Origin: Octopus sinensis
Taxonomy: Eukaryota
NCBI RefSeq assembly: GCF_006345805.1
Contig: NC_042998.1
Span: forward strand, 177,878,001-177,942,000
Direction: 5' to 3'
DNA: 64,000 nt
In this document: piece after piece, positions 23,926 to 36,849 of the stretch
Layout of the letters: every line of letters starts with the position of its first letter
How positions within the stretch are numbered: the stretch's first letter is position 1
Notes under the pieces: generated by a model
Database searches by the model: none
What the model saw: only the letters and a program-made list of their open reading frames with translations
What the model was told of the DNA's origin: nothing
Made by a program: the position numbers and the translations under genes

Positions 23926-26399
23926 CATAAAATATTCTGTTAAGCATTCTGCTTGGGCTTCCACATAGTTTTCCATCTACGAAATTCCCTCACAAAACAT
24001 TGGTAGGCCAGGGACTAGACCATAATAGAAGACAGTTGCCCTAGGTGCTGCATAATGAGGATGAACCTCAAATCACTTAGTTGTAAAAGCAAACTTCTTA
24101 ACCACACAACCATGCCTCTGAAATATTTTTACAATATAACAGTAACTGCAAGTGAGATGAGTGTGATGATGTTCATGCTTTTCCCAAGCAAATTAAGAAT
24201 ATAAGACAGTTCCAATTGGAAATCAATACCTGGCTGTAAACTTATCACTAATCTTAACATAATATTGATTTCTTATTCTTTTTTTTTTATTTATAAGTTA
24301 GATGTGCAATTCTCAAATATTTTTGGTCCATTGCCATTTCAGCTTTACATATCATCCTTTGGTGCCATTACCCCTCACCATTATCCAAAGCAGTTGCACA
24401 ACTCCATGCAAGGACATTTCAAGGAGACACTTCACTGAACTCAATGTCTCCTTAAAAATATCTTCATTCATGACAAACCCTTAAGTAATAGTAATGTCAC
24501 CTGATAGGCAGGGCCATTTAAAGAGAATTATGGAGTCCTACCCTACTTCAGACATAGCAATACATGGAGACCCCCTACATATACAACAACAAAGGTAATG
24601 ACAAACCATAGAACGATGTTCTTGTCAACATCCTTCACTGTAATCATTGTATTTTGGAAAAAGAATGCTCAGAGGCCCCTTACATACACAGCAGCAACAT
24701 AAATAGATTGGGCCCCTAGACACACGAGACTCCCAGTCAACTGCTGAGTCTGTCCATGCCTTAAGATGGTACAGCTAATAGGTGATAACAACCACTTTGA
24801 GAACTTCTTATTTAATAGGAGAAGCAGAAGCAGTGTCCATCGCTATTTCACTGCCTTCTAAAGAGATCGTGATGTGTAATATTTTGATCAAATGTCTTTT
24901 ACTACATTTCTCAGGTTGACCAGAGCCTTGTGAGTGAAACTTGATTGTTGTAAACTGTATGGAAGTCCATCAGAAGAACCAGTTTTGTTCTTGGGCTATA
25001 CATTGTCTAGTTTAACATCATCACCTAGCTTGAGGGGCCCTTTTTTATTGTTTAGTCAGGGAAAGAAGGCAATACTTATGTTCAATTATTTTTTTCCAGA
25101 ACCTCTGAAACTGATGGGAGGATGGAAGGAAAGAAGGAAGGAAGGAAGAGAGGAGAGAGGGAGGAAGGAAGGAAGGAAGGAAGTTATCTTCAACAAAATA
25201 TACAATAAATAAAAAAAAAAAAAAGTTAAAATCCCAGATGTGTGTGCAGTACCCAATGGTTGTCGTAAGCTTTGTGGAGACAGCAGCTGACTGGAGCTAG
25301 AAAATTTTCCTTCTTTGATGAAAGATATTTTAGGAATGTTATGTGTGCTTGCATCAAGACTTAGCCCTAATGCATAAAGCAGACAGAACTGTACAAAAGA
25401 CACTCAAACATCAAGTAGTGTTTTTAAACTAGAGGAGAAATTGACTCTACCACTCAAGAATGTTAAAACAAGATTCACAAGACATCCCTGTCCAATGTCT
25501 CTAAAAGTTCTGCTAATTTAACACCATGGACTGGTCTATCAACACTCAAAACATGAAAGCACATAGCCTAGTGGTTAGGATGTTGCACTCATAGTCACAA
25601 GGTCATAATTTCGATTCTTGGACCAGGTAAAACACTTCATTTTACATATTTACTCAGCTGTAAATGAGTAACCCTATGATGGACTGGCATCTCATTCAGT
25701 GTGAATTTTGTAATCTTGGCCATACAAACAACATGGGAATCAGGTAACCAGTTCTGTGAGTCCTAAGACAAGAAAGTAATGTCCAGGAGTTGATGATGAT
25801 TAAAAGAATGAAAACCAAGTTGACCTCAGTGGAATTTGAGCTCAGCACTCAGGAGTTGATGATGTGGAATTTGAGCTCAGCACTCAAAGAATCAGAGTAA
25901 ATACTAAGGTATTTCACCCTATGTTCCACTGACTGTTGATTCACCACCTTAAAAGAATATGTTCTAATGAAAGCATTCCTATCAGGCTTCTGATGTTCTA
26001 GTACATCTCCTTAACTATCCTCCAGGGCAACGCCTTTTCCATTTTGTCTGCTGGTACCATGAGAAATGTTTCTCAACTGTGAGAGGCAAGACGCTCTATT
26101 AATCCTTCTATTTTGACTTAAACTGCCCTTTTATAACCTTTTTAAAAGTACTTCAAGATAGCTTTCTTCCTCTAGTCTCAGGGACCCTGTTAAAGATCAT
26201 GGCTATTGCCCTTTCTCCTTAGACTAACTCACATACATAAATAAATAAAATAACAAATGAACAAACTGGGTAATATTCTTAGAGTTTGTATCAAAGTTGA
26301 ACCCATGTGTGGTTAAGCAGTTCACTTTGAAATGATGTGGTTACAGGTTTTGTCCCTTTGCACAGTACTTTGCAAAAATGTCTTCTGTTACAGCACCAA

Positions 26400-26720
26400 G
26401 CCAACCACTGCGACATCAATATTAGCAACTGGGAAGCAGTTGCCTGTAATCGTGGAGAATAGCAATGCACCATAGAAGAGGGAACACAAAGGAGTGACAG
26501 AGGGAGAAAGGAGAAATGGAAGACAAGAAAAGATGACAACAAGAAACTATGACATTTCACCCAGTCAGGCAAAGTCTTCGCTACATTTGTGGCACCTGCC
26601 AGAGGGAGTGTTTGTTCAGGATAGGACTACGCAGCCACAGCAGGAGATTTATAAGGACATGAAATGTAAAAACCGGACTATTTTATGTGCAACTCTATTG
26701 TCTCCCGAGACAAAAGGACA
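26400..26720 (+). mobile_element. RTE-clade LINE C-terminal fragment
   Basis: Translates to NISNWEAVACNR... and YICGTCQRECLFRIGLRSHSRR, matching the RTE C-terminal CxxC..RIGL.SH motif. Confidence 0.7.
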
Positions 26721-27548
26721 TAAATGTACATACTTACATATATATGTATATGTATATGCATATATGGGTTCAGGACGTTGCAAAACATAAGCAACATGAA
26801 ATACGATGGCAAACTTGGGTATGCAAACAACAAGAGAAACAAATAGAAAACAAGACAAGTAACATAAAGAACAACCCTTCATCAGTTGTCAGCTCTTCAT
26901 CTACTCCACATTTTGAGCAATTAATGACAATATGAGGCTTAGAAAAAAATTGCTCCAACAAACCAAAATAAAATTTGGGATTTGCAGAGGGTCAAAGTTG
27001 GTAGCAAAAACAGGACGGTGGCGACATACAACAAATCAAATGAAAACAAACGTGGAGGGCTGTTAGACCAGAAGGGGTAAGGTACCAAATGCTAGAGGAA
27101 TATTCTTTGACAAAAGAAAAGATAGAGGAGGAGACAAATAAGAATGTATCTGGTCTGTGCGTCAGACTGAAGGAAAAGAAAGATGATCACATGAGGAAAA
27201 GAAAGATGGATGATGGTCACGTGTGAGCAATGAGAGAAGGTAAAGGAGGAAGGAGGAGAGAGAGATAGAGAGATAGAAAATGGTGAAGGGGAGAAAAAAG
27301 AATAAGAGAAAAGATGAGAGAGAAAACAATGAAAGGAGGAGAGAAAGAGAAAATGAAAGTGGGGAGAGTGAGAAGAGTACAGGGTAAAGTTGCATCAAAA
27401 TTATTAAGATAAACTTACTTGGAAACAGATGTGTGGGGTTTAATCATTATAATAAATAATATATATATATATATATAAATTTAAAATTAAGGATAAAATC
27501 TTTACAAGAAATTATCAGTAGTTAGCGTGAAAAACCTAACATATATAT

Positions 27549-28466
27549 ATGTCAGTGTGCATACTCGAGTATGTTAGTGTGCATACTCGACAGAGTGTAA
27601 GTACCTTGAGAGAAAAGTTGGACCTAAGAAGCATCAGATGTGGTGTGCGAGAGAGATGACTACACTGGTATGGCCATGTGGTGAGAATGGATGTGGATAG
27701 CTGGGTAAAAAAGTGCCACACCCTAGCAGTTGAAGGAACCTGTGGAAGAGGTAGACCCAGGAAGACCTGGGATGAGGTGGTGAAGCATGACTTTTGAACA
27801 TTGGGCCTCACCGAGGCAATGACTAGTGACCTAGACCTTTGGAAATATGCTGTGCTTGAGAAGACTTGGCAAGCTCAAGTGAGACCATAACCATGAGGCC
27901 TATGCCAAGATGTAACCAGCCCACTTATGCGTACTTTACTTTCTTTGGACACTAAACTCTGCTTGCAAAGACCTGTTGAGGCAAGTGGAATTGAAATCGA
28001 AATCAAATTCGATGACTGGCATCCGTGCTAGTGGAGTGCTAAGAGTACCATACGAGCATGATCATTGCCAGATCAACAAGCTGACCTCCATACCGATGGC
28101 ACATAAAAAGCACCATTCGAGCATGATCGTTTCCTGCATCACCTTACTGGCACTTGTGCTGGTGGCATGTGAAAAACAGTTGAGCGAGGTTGTTGCCAGT
28201 ACCACTGGACTGGCTCCTGTGTATGTGGCACATAAAAAGCGGCATTTGAGTGTGGCCATTGCCAGTACTGCCAGACTGGCCCTCGTGCTGGTAGTATGTA
28301 AAAGCACTCACTACACTCTTGGAGCAGTTAGTGTTAGGAAGGGATCCAGCAGTAGAAACTCTGCCAGATTAGATTGTAGTCTGGTGTAGCCATCTGGTTC
28401 ACCAGTCAAATTGTCCAACCCATGCAAGCATGAAAAGCAGACGTTAAACGATGATGATGATGATGA
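27549..28466 (+). mobile_element. RTE LINE 3' fragment
   Basis: QSVSTLREKLDLRSIRCGV..HWYGHV..GTCGRGRPRKTWDEVVKHD matches the C-terminus of ORF 30988-31881. Ends in acgttaaac(gat)n. Confidence 0.9.
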
Positions 28467-28705
28467 TATGCATATATGTATATATATATGCATATATATA
28501 TACATATATGTACATACATACATATATCATCATCATCATCATCATCATCATTTAACGTCCGCTTTCCATGCTAGCATGGGTTGGACGGTTCAACTGGGGT
28601 CTGGGGAACCCGAAAGCTGCACCAGTCCAGTCAGATCTGGCAGTGTTTCTACAGCTGGATGCCCTTCCTAACGCCAACCACTCCGAGAGTGTAGTGGGTG
28701 ATTTT

Positions 28706-31005
28706 ATGTGCCACAGACACAGGTGCCAGACGAGGCTGGCAAACGGCCACGCTCGGATGGTGTTTTTTATGTGCCACCGACACAGGTGCCAGACGAGGCT
28801 GGCAGACGGCCACGCTCGGATGGTGTTTTTATGTGCCACCGACACAGGTGCCAGATGAGGCTGGCAAACGGCCACGATCGGATGGTGCTTGTTACGTGCC
28901 CACAGCACGGAGGCCAGTCGATGCGGTACTGGCTACGGCCACGTTCGGATGGTTTTCTTGTGTGCCACGTGCCACCGGCACTGGTACCACAAAGATACAA
29001 ATTCCATTGATGTTCATCTATTTTGATTTGTTTTGATTTTCACTTGCCTCAACAGGTCTTCACAAGTGTCACAAGAAGGAAGGTATGCGCAGGTGGACTG
29101 ACTACGTCCCAGGTAGGGGCCATGGGTTATGGCCTGACTAGTCTTGCCGGGTCTTCGGATGGTGTTTTTATGTGCCACCGACACAGGTGCTAGATGAGGC
29201 TGGCGAACGGCCACGATCGGATGGTGTTTGTCATGTGCCCACCGCACTGACTACAGCACTGATGGATTCTTGTGTGCCACAGGCACTGGTACCACAAGAT
29301 ACAAATTCCATTGATGTTCATCTATTTTGTCTATTTTGATTTGATTTGATTTGATTTTTGATTTTCACTTGCCTCAACCGGTCTTCACAAGTGTCACAAG
29401 AAGGAAGGTATGCACAGGTGGACTGACTAGTCTTGCCGGGTCTTCGGAAGGTGTTTTTATGTGCCACCGACACAGGTGCCAGATGAGGCTGGCGAACGGC
29501 CATGATCGGATGGTGTTTGTTACGTGCCCACAGCACGGAGGCCGGTCGATGCGGAACTGGCTACGGCCACGTTCGGATGGTTCTCTTGTGTGCCACCGGC
29601 ACTGGTACCCCAAAGTGTGTGCCACCGGCACTGGTACCACAAAGATACAGATTCCATTGATGTTCATCTATTTTGATTTGTTTTGATTTTGATTTTGATT
29701 TTCACTTGCCTCAACAGGTCTTCACAAGTGTCACAAGAAGGAAGGCATGCACAGGTGGACTGACTACGTCCCAGGTAGGGGCCATGGGTTATGGCCTGAC
29801 TAGTCTTGCCGGGTCTCCGGATGGTGTTTTTATGTGCCACCGACACAGGTGCTAGATGAGGCTGGCGAACGGCCACGATCGGATGGTGTTTGTCATGTGC
29901 CCACAGCACGGAGGCCAGTCGATGCGGTACTGGCTACGGCCACTTTCGGATGGTTTTCCTTGTGTGCCACCGGCACTGGTACCACAAAGATACAAATTCC
30001 ATTGATGTTCATCTATTTTGATTTGTTTTGATTTTGATTTTGATTTTGATTTTCACTTGCCTCAACAGGCCTTCACAAGTATCACAAGGAGGAAGGTATG
30101 CACAGGTGGACTGACTACGTCCCAGGTAGGGGCCATGGTTTATGGCCTGACTAGTCTTGCCAGGTCTTCGGATGGTGTTTTTATGTGCCACCGACACAGG
30201 TGCTAGATGAGGCTGGCGAACGGCCACGACCGGATGGTGTTTGTTATGTGCCCACAGCACGATGGCCAGTGATGCGGTACTGACTACGGCCATGTTCGGA
30301 TGGATTCTTGTGTGCCACCGGCACTGGTACCACAAGCGGTACTGACTACTTTTTATGTGCCACCGACACAGGTGCTAGATGAGGCTGGCGAACGGCCACG
30401 ACCGGATGGTGTTTGTTATGTGCCCACAGCACGATGGCCAGTGATGCGGTACTGACTACGGCCACGTTCGGATGGATTCTTGTGTGCCACCGGCACTGGT
30501 ACCACAAGCGGTACTGACTACGGCCACGTTCGGATGGATTCTTGTGTGCCACCGGCACTGGTACCACAAAGATACAAATTCCATTGATGTTCATCTATTT
30601 TGATTTGTTTTGATTTTCACTTGCCTCAACAGGTCTTCACAAGTGTCGCAAGAAGGAAGGTATGTACAGGTGGACTGACTACGTCCCAGGTAGGGTCCAC
30701 GGGTTATGACCTGACTAGTCTTGCCGGGTCTTCGGATGGTGTTTTTATGTGCCACCATGTTCTCACAGCACGGAGGCGAGTCGATGCGGTACTGGCTACG
30801 GCCACGTTCGGATGGTTCTCTTGTGTGCCACCGGCACTGGTACCACAAAGATACAAATTCCATTGATGTTCATCTATTTTGATTGATTTTCACTTGCCTC
30901 AGCAGGTCTTCACAAGTGTCACAAGAAGGAAGGTATGCACAGGTGGATCGACTACGTCCCAGGTAGGGGCCACGGGATATGGCCTGACTAGTCCTGCCGG
31001 GTCCT
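28706..31005. repeat. Tandem array of the RTE 3' end: six units of ~280-580 bp plus ~52-bp subrepeats
   Basis: The anchor ccattgatgttcatctatttt occurs at about 29004, 29308, 29654, 29999, 30581 and 30860. Confidence 0.95.
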
Positions 31006-32559
31006 CTCATGCACAGCACACTTCCATAGGACTCGGTCTTCAGTCATTTCCTTGGTGAGACCTAAAGTTCGAAGGTCGTGCTTCACCACCTCGTCCCAGG
31101 TTTTCCTGGGTCTACCTCTTCCACAGGTTCCCTCAACTGCTAGGGTGTAGCACTTTTGCACACAACTATCTTCAGCCATTCTGGTCACATGACCATACCA
31201 GTGCAGCCGTCTCTCTTGCACACCACAACTGACACTTCTTAGGTTCAACTTTTCTCTCAAAGTACTTACACTCTGACGATTATGAACACTGACATTACAC
31301 ATCCATCGGAGCATACTGGCTTCATTTCTTGCAAGCTTACGCATATCCTCAGCTGTCACGGCCCATGTTTCACTACCATGTAGCATGGCTGTACGTACAC
31401 ACGCATCATATAGTCTGCCTTTTACTCTTAGCGAGAGGCCTTTTGTCACCAGCAGGGGTAAGAGCTCTCTAAACTTTGCCCAGGCTATTCTTACTCTAGC
31501 AGTTACACTTTCAGCACACCCACCCCCGCTACTGACTTGGTCTCCTAGGTAGCGGAAGCTATCAACTACTTCTAGTTTGTCTCCCTGGAACGTGGTAGAA
31601 GTTGGTCTCTGCACATTTCCAGTGTTTATTTCTCTTGAGCATCTGCCACAGACAAAAACTATTTTCTTAGTTAGCCTTCCTTTGACATTGCTGCACCTCT
31701 TATGTGTCCATAGCTTACACTTGGTGCACCTTATAGAGTTTCTACCTACACCTTTTTTACAGATCGAGCAGGGCCATCTACCTGAAGTCGTTTGTGGTTG
31801 GTCCACCTTCCTACTTATTAGGACTTTGGTTTTGGCTAGGTTGATTCTAAGGCCCTTCGATTCTAATCCTTGTTTCCACACCTGAAACTTCTCCTCCAGT
31901 TCTCATAGTGACTCAGCAATTAGAGCAAGGTCATCAGCATATAGGAGCTCCCAGGGGCATCCTGTCTTAAATTCTTCCGTTATTGCCTGGAGGACTATGA
32001 TAAATAGGAGGGGGCTGAGGACTGAACCTTGGTGGACCCCAACCTCTACCCGGAATTCTTCACTGTACTCGTTGCCAACCCTCACCTTACTAGCTGCATC
32101 TCTGTACATGGCTCGCACAGCTCTCACTAACCATTCATCTATCCCTAGTTTCCTCATTGACCACCAGATAAGGGATCGGGGGACCCTGTCAAAAGCTTTC
32201 TCTAAGTCAACAAAAGCCAGGTACAAGGGCTTACCTTTGGCTAGGTATTTCTCCTGCAGCTGTCTTACCAGGAATATAGCATCAGTAGTACTTTTCCCTG
32301 GCACGAACCCAAACTGCATATCATCGAAGCTAACTCTCTCTCTAATTAACTGGGCTATAACCCTCTCCGTAACCTTCATTACCTGATCCAACAGCTTGAT
32401 GCCCCTGTAGTTATTTGTATCTAGGGCATCGCCTTTACCTTTGTAGCAGTTGACTATTATGCTGCTACACCAGTCATTGGGTATGACTCCTTCGTGTATC
32501 ACCTGGTTAACTATACGGGTGACTATGCTATAGCCGACACTACCAGATATTTTGAGCAT
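30988..32559 (-). pseudogene. RTE reverse transcriptase (partial) with PHD-like finger and one in-frame stop
   Basis: NYRGIKLL, QFGF, AFVDLEKAFDRV, GVHQGSVLSPLLF and YADD (31930-31941). TGA at 31903-31905 separates two in-frame ORFs (218 aa and 297 aa). Confidence 0.93.
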
Positions 32560-33682
32560 ATATATATATATATGTAGTTAATCCAAACATGAACAAAGAG
32601 AAAACACAACAAGTATAGTGTTATTGGATGCTCAGGAAAGGAAAGAAAGAAGGAGGTATATGGGTACAGGACGTCACAAAATGTAAACAACATGAAATAT
32701 GAAGGCAAACTTGGGTATGCAAATAGCAAGAGAAACAAATGGGAAACAGGACAACTAACATAAAGAACGATCCTTCATCAGTTGTCAGCTGTTCATCTAC
32801 TCTGCATTTATACATATATATGTACATATATGTATATATGCACATATATATATATATCTTATTTGTATCTATATATATACATAAATACTCACGGAGTGGT
32901 TGGCATTAGGAAGGGCTGTAGAAACACTGCCTGATCAGACTGGAGCCTGGTGCAGCCTCCTGGTTTCCCAGACCCCGGCCGAACCGTCCAACCCGTGCTA
33001 GCACAGTAAACAGACGTTAAACGATGATGATGATGATGATATCTACCTATATATATATACACACATACATACATATATATACAATGGCCTTTCTATCTAC
33101 CAAATTTACTCACAAAGCATTGGTCAGCCCTGGGCTATAACTAGAATATTCTTGCCCACAATGCTGTGCAGTAGGACTGAACCCCAAACCACCATAGTTG
33201 CAAGGCAATCTTCTTATCCACACTGCCATGCCTGCACCATTAATATTTTCACTGAGCTAGATAACAATAATAATAACATATTGCCATACACCATAACAAT
33301 ATGTTATTATTATTGTTATCTTCACCTTAGCGAAGGAGGTGGTATTGTTTTCAATCATGTTTGTGTGTTTGTCCATGGACAAGATATCTCAAGAACCAGT
33401 GGATGGATTTGAATGAAACTTTCATGGATGTTTGGCCTCATGACTGGCACAAACTGATTAGATTTTGAGATCGATCTGATAATGGACAAGGAATCTGGAT
33501 TATTTTTTTCATTATTTTTTTTCACTTAATTTTTGAGAGCATTCAGGTTCATTTTTAGTATTATCATTTGTGAGAGAAGTTGAGTTTATTTCACATATTC
33601 TCATTTTAAAAATCATCTCTGGCTAATCGCTGAGAGGATGTTGGTATTGCCTTGGCAGAGGTTTGCATCCTCTGAATGCTCC

Positions 33683-33695
33683 TATTATTATCATT

Positions 33696-33782
<87 letters not shown>

Positions 33783-33789
33783 ACTGCTG

Positions 33790-33838
<49 letters not shown>

Positions 33839-33933
33839 CACCACCACACCACCACCACCACCACCACCTCCACCACCATCATCATTATTATCATCATCAT
33901 CATTATTATCATCATCATCATCATTATCATTAC

Positions 33934-33969
<36 letters not shown>

Positions 33970-34003
33970 TATCATCATTATCATCATCATCATTATCATC
34001 ATA

Positions 34004-34047
<44 letters not shown>
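33683..34047. repeat. Compound trinucleotide microsatellite ATT-GTT-GCT-ACT-ACC-ATC-ATT
   Basis: Direct reading. Confidence 0.95.
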
Positions 34048-34049
<2 letters not shown>

Positions 34050-34479
34050 TATCCATAGAAATTTTTCTGAAATTACTTTTCTGTGGATGAAATGCTTTTA
34101 GAAGAGTTTCTTTTCTTTCATTTTTCTTTCTTTTTCTTTCCTTTTTTTTTTGTTTAATTTTGTTTCTCATTAACTTATTTATTTTAATGTTTCACTTTTG
34201 TTTTGTTTTGTTTTGTCTTCAATACTGTCTGTCTCTTTTATCTCAGAATATACTGTAAATATGATTTCAGATCGAAATCAGTCTCCTATGATAAAAAGGA
34301 TATTGGTTGGCATTTTTTCTTGAGCGTATATGTACGTGAATTGGAACTATATTACAGACAAATAAGAATAAGTTGCATTTTTTTCTATTAAATGCCAGAC
34401 TGTTTTTAACTATAAATAGATGCATCATATTATCATTCTATTGTTTTATTTTTCTTCTTTTTGTAATCTTCTTTGTCTC

Positions 34480-34975
34480 CTCTTCGTTATGCTTATTACA
34501 TTTGCCCTCCTCATTCCCTTCCTCTTCCTTTTCTTTTTCTTCTTTTTCTTTTCCCTGCTCCTCCCCCACTTCTCTTCCTCCTCCCTCTCCCTTTCTGTCT
34601 TCCTCCTCTTCCCTCTCCCTCCCCTCCTCCTCCTCCTCCATCACTACCACAACTTGTCTCTCCCTCTCCTCCTCCTCCTCCTCCTCACCCCTCTTCCTCC
34701 TTTTTCCTCCACTCCCCTCATCATGTTCCTTTGCCTCTTCAGTCTTCTTCATTTCCTCCTCTTTATTCTTTGTTTCCTCCCCTTCCTCCTTCTTTGTCTC
34801 CTCCTCCTCCTCTCCTCCTCCTCCTCCTCCTCCTCACCCCTCTTCCTCCTTTTTCCTCCACTCCCCTCATCATGTTCCTTTGCCTCTTCAGTCTTCTTCA
34901 TTTCCTCCTCTTTATTCTTTGTTTCCTCCCCTTCCTCCTTCTTTGTCTCCTCCTCCTCCTCCTCCTCCTCCTCCA
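34480..34975. repeat. CT-rich low-complexity tract with a ~148-bp internal duplication
   Basis: ctcacccctcttcctcctttttcctccactcccctcatcatgttcctttgcc... occurs at about 34684 and 34832. Confidence 0.85.
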
Positions 34976-35349
34976 ATACAGGATTTGCAGTGATGTTGAC
35001 AAGGTCATTGTCCTCTGGTTTGTCATCACACTTGTGGCACAGTTTAGGCAGGTGATGAAAGTAACCAGGAATGGCATACGGTTGGATGTAGTCTCTTTAG
35101 ACGTGCAAAACCTGATGGTCCCTGGTGACAACAGAACTATTCTTCCAGTCACCTGAAGCTGTACCTGCTTGAGGAGTGCAGAAGGAAAGACCGTAAGATT
35201 GATGGAGCAAGTCAAAAGGCCTAGCTGCTACACATTTTATTCTTATTTGCTAGGCCTGGAGGAAGGTGCAGAGCCCGTGGTCTTTTCAAGTTCTTCTGGA
35301 CTGGTGAGACTGATGCGATTAATATTCTTCTAGAATCTGTTCATATCAT

Positions 35350-35760
35350 CCCACACTCATATCTTTCCATATTCACATCTTTCTGTGCTCATATCTTTCC
35401 ACACCTGAGGAAAGATATGAAGAGGAAAGGAATTCCAGAAGGCTATCATTCTGGCAAGGAAGGATTGGACATAGTAATTTGTGCAGTGTCTGGAAACTGG
35501 TGGGGAATGGAAACATGGGTGATGGAGGGAGGAGACATGAGAGGGATGGGAATGTCTGAACGAAGAAGGCATGAGCCCAGTCAGTTACAAAGAGCAAAGG
35601 CAATTATAAAAGCAATTAAATATGGTAAAATTCATTTGATACCTTTCAGTCTCAGAAACTTGAGAAACAGAGAAAAGGAGAACAGCATAGAGGGTGATAA
35701 TAATGTCATACCACAAAAACTATTGTTTCTAGAATATCACTGGTTGCAGTTTTGAGGATG
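35350..35760 (-). mobile_element. CR1/L2/Jockey-group LINE 3' fragment
   Basis: HCTNYYVQSFLARMIAFWNSFP resembles the SF..R....WN.LP motif at LINE ORF2 ends. Confidence 0.55.
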
Positions 35761-36159
35761 GGGGAAAAAAAAAAAACTTATCCTCATCCATAGTTTTAGA
35801 AGCTGATGACCAGTAGACTAAGAAAGTCCATCCCATAATGAATAATACCACTCCATCATCTTGCAATGGTAGAGAAAAAAATTGAAGAGGATCAGGTGTG
35901 ACAAAATGTTAAAAACTGGAGGAAAAATATTAAAAAATTTAAAAGAGGAGCTCAAGCAGAAAGGTCTAAAAAATTAGTGATGAGACATACACCCTTACTT
36001 AGGATGATAGAAAAAAGAATAACAAATCAATATTTCTCTGAGACAAAACCAGCCAAACATTCTAAAGCTTGATTAAGAGGACAATATACAGAGAAGAAAA
36101 TGGGGCAGAATTTTAGAAGGTATTCAGACGATAGATTATTGTTGAAGATCACAGAACAG

Positions 36160-36400
36160 ACTGCCGGCATCAGTTGTTAGTTGTCGGAGCACTGCATCCT
36201 TCAAAACCTCCATGCTTCCTGAGATTTGCCAACACTACACCTAATTTTCTCCCCTCCATACACACGCAAACATGTATCTGACTCATACACTGTTCACTTT
36301 CCAGACATTTTTACATTACTGCATATACTTTATACGCACTTTTTGACAAGTTGTGGTGCACCTGAGCAATGTATACAATAATTTCATTATTATTATTATT
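36160..36400 (+). mobile_element. CR1 LINE 3' UTR and tail
   Basis: Near-identical to 41415-41651, ending in caataatttc(att)n. Confidence 0.85.
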
Positions 36401-36849
36401 TTAATCATATTTTTTCAACTATTCTCAGAAAATGTTGGATGTTATGTTGGATCCAATGCAAAAATATTTACAGATATCTTTACTTATTTTACATCAACCC
36501 TTTGTATAGGCCATCGATGACTTTTCTCCACTGTTCTCAACACTAGATTGTTTTGCTTCTCTTTCGTACTTCTCTCCAGTTGAATCCCTGTTTTTTTTTC
36601 CAACTCAGCCTCAGTATCTTACTGTCAGCTATTTTTAGGGCATTCTCTCTTCCATCTTTGTTGTAGGAATATGTTTCCCTGAGGGATGGCCTTCTACTCC
36701 TCCTATGTCTTGTTGGTTTTGAATTGTCATTAATCCTTCTGTAACTTTGCTTTTCAAGGTGGCCCTTCGTAAACTCAATTCTACCTCTACAGAGCCCACA
36801 CATGTTCACCATTCAGAAATTGTTGCAGATGATGCAACCCGAGCACGTG

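Larger units (their letters stand above)
28528..32559 (-). mobile_element. 5'-truncated RTE-clade LINE with tandemly amplified 3' region
   Basis: RT ORF, 3' UTR and (GAT)n tail. Both ends abut (TA)-rich microsatellite. Confidence 0.95.

Noticed and set aside
28706-28880. CRISPR-like regular repeats
   Set aside because: Contiguous ~52-bp subrepeats without unique spacers, inside a LINE 3' UTR in eukaryotic DNA with no cas genes.
35805-35845. CTGATGA...GAAAGTC motif
   Set aside because: No credible stem II at the core junction and no stem I. Compatible with chance.
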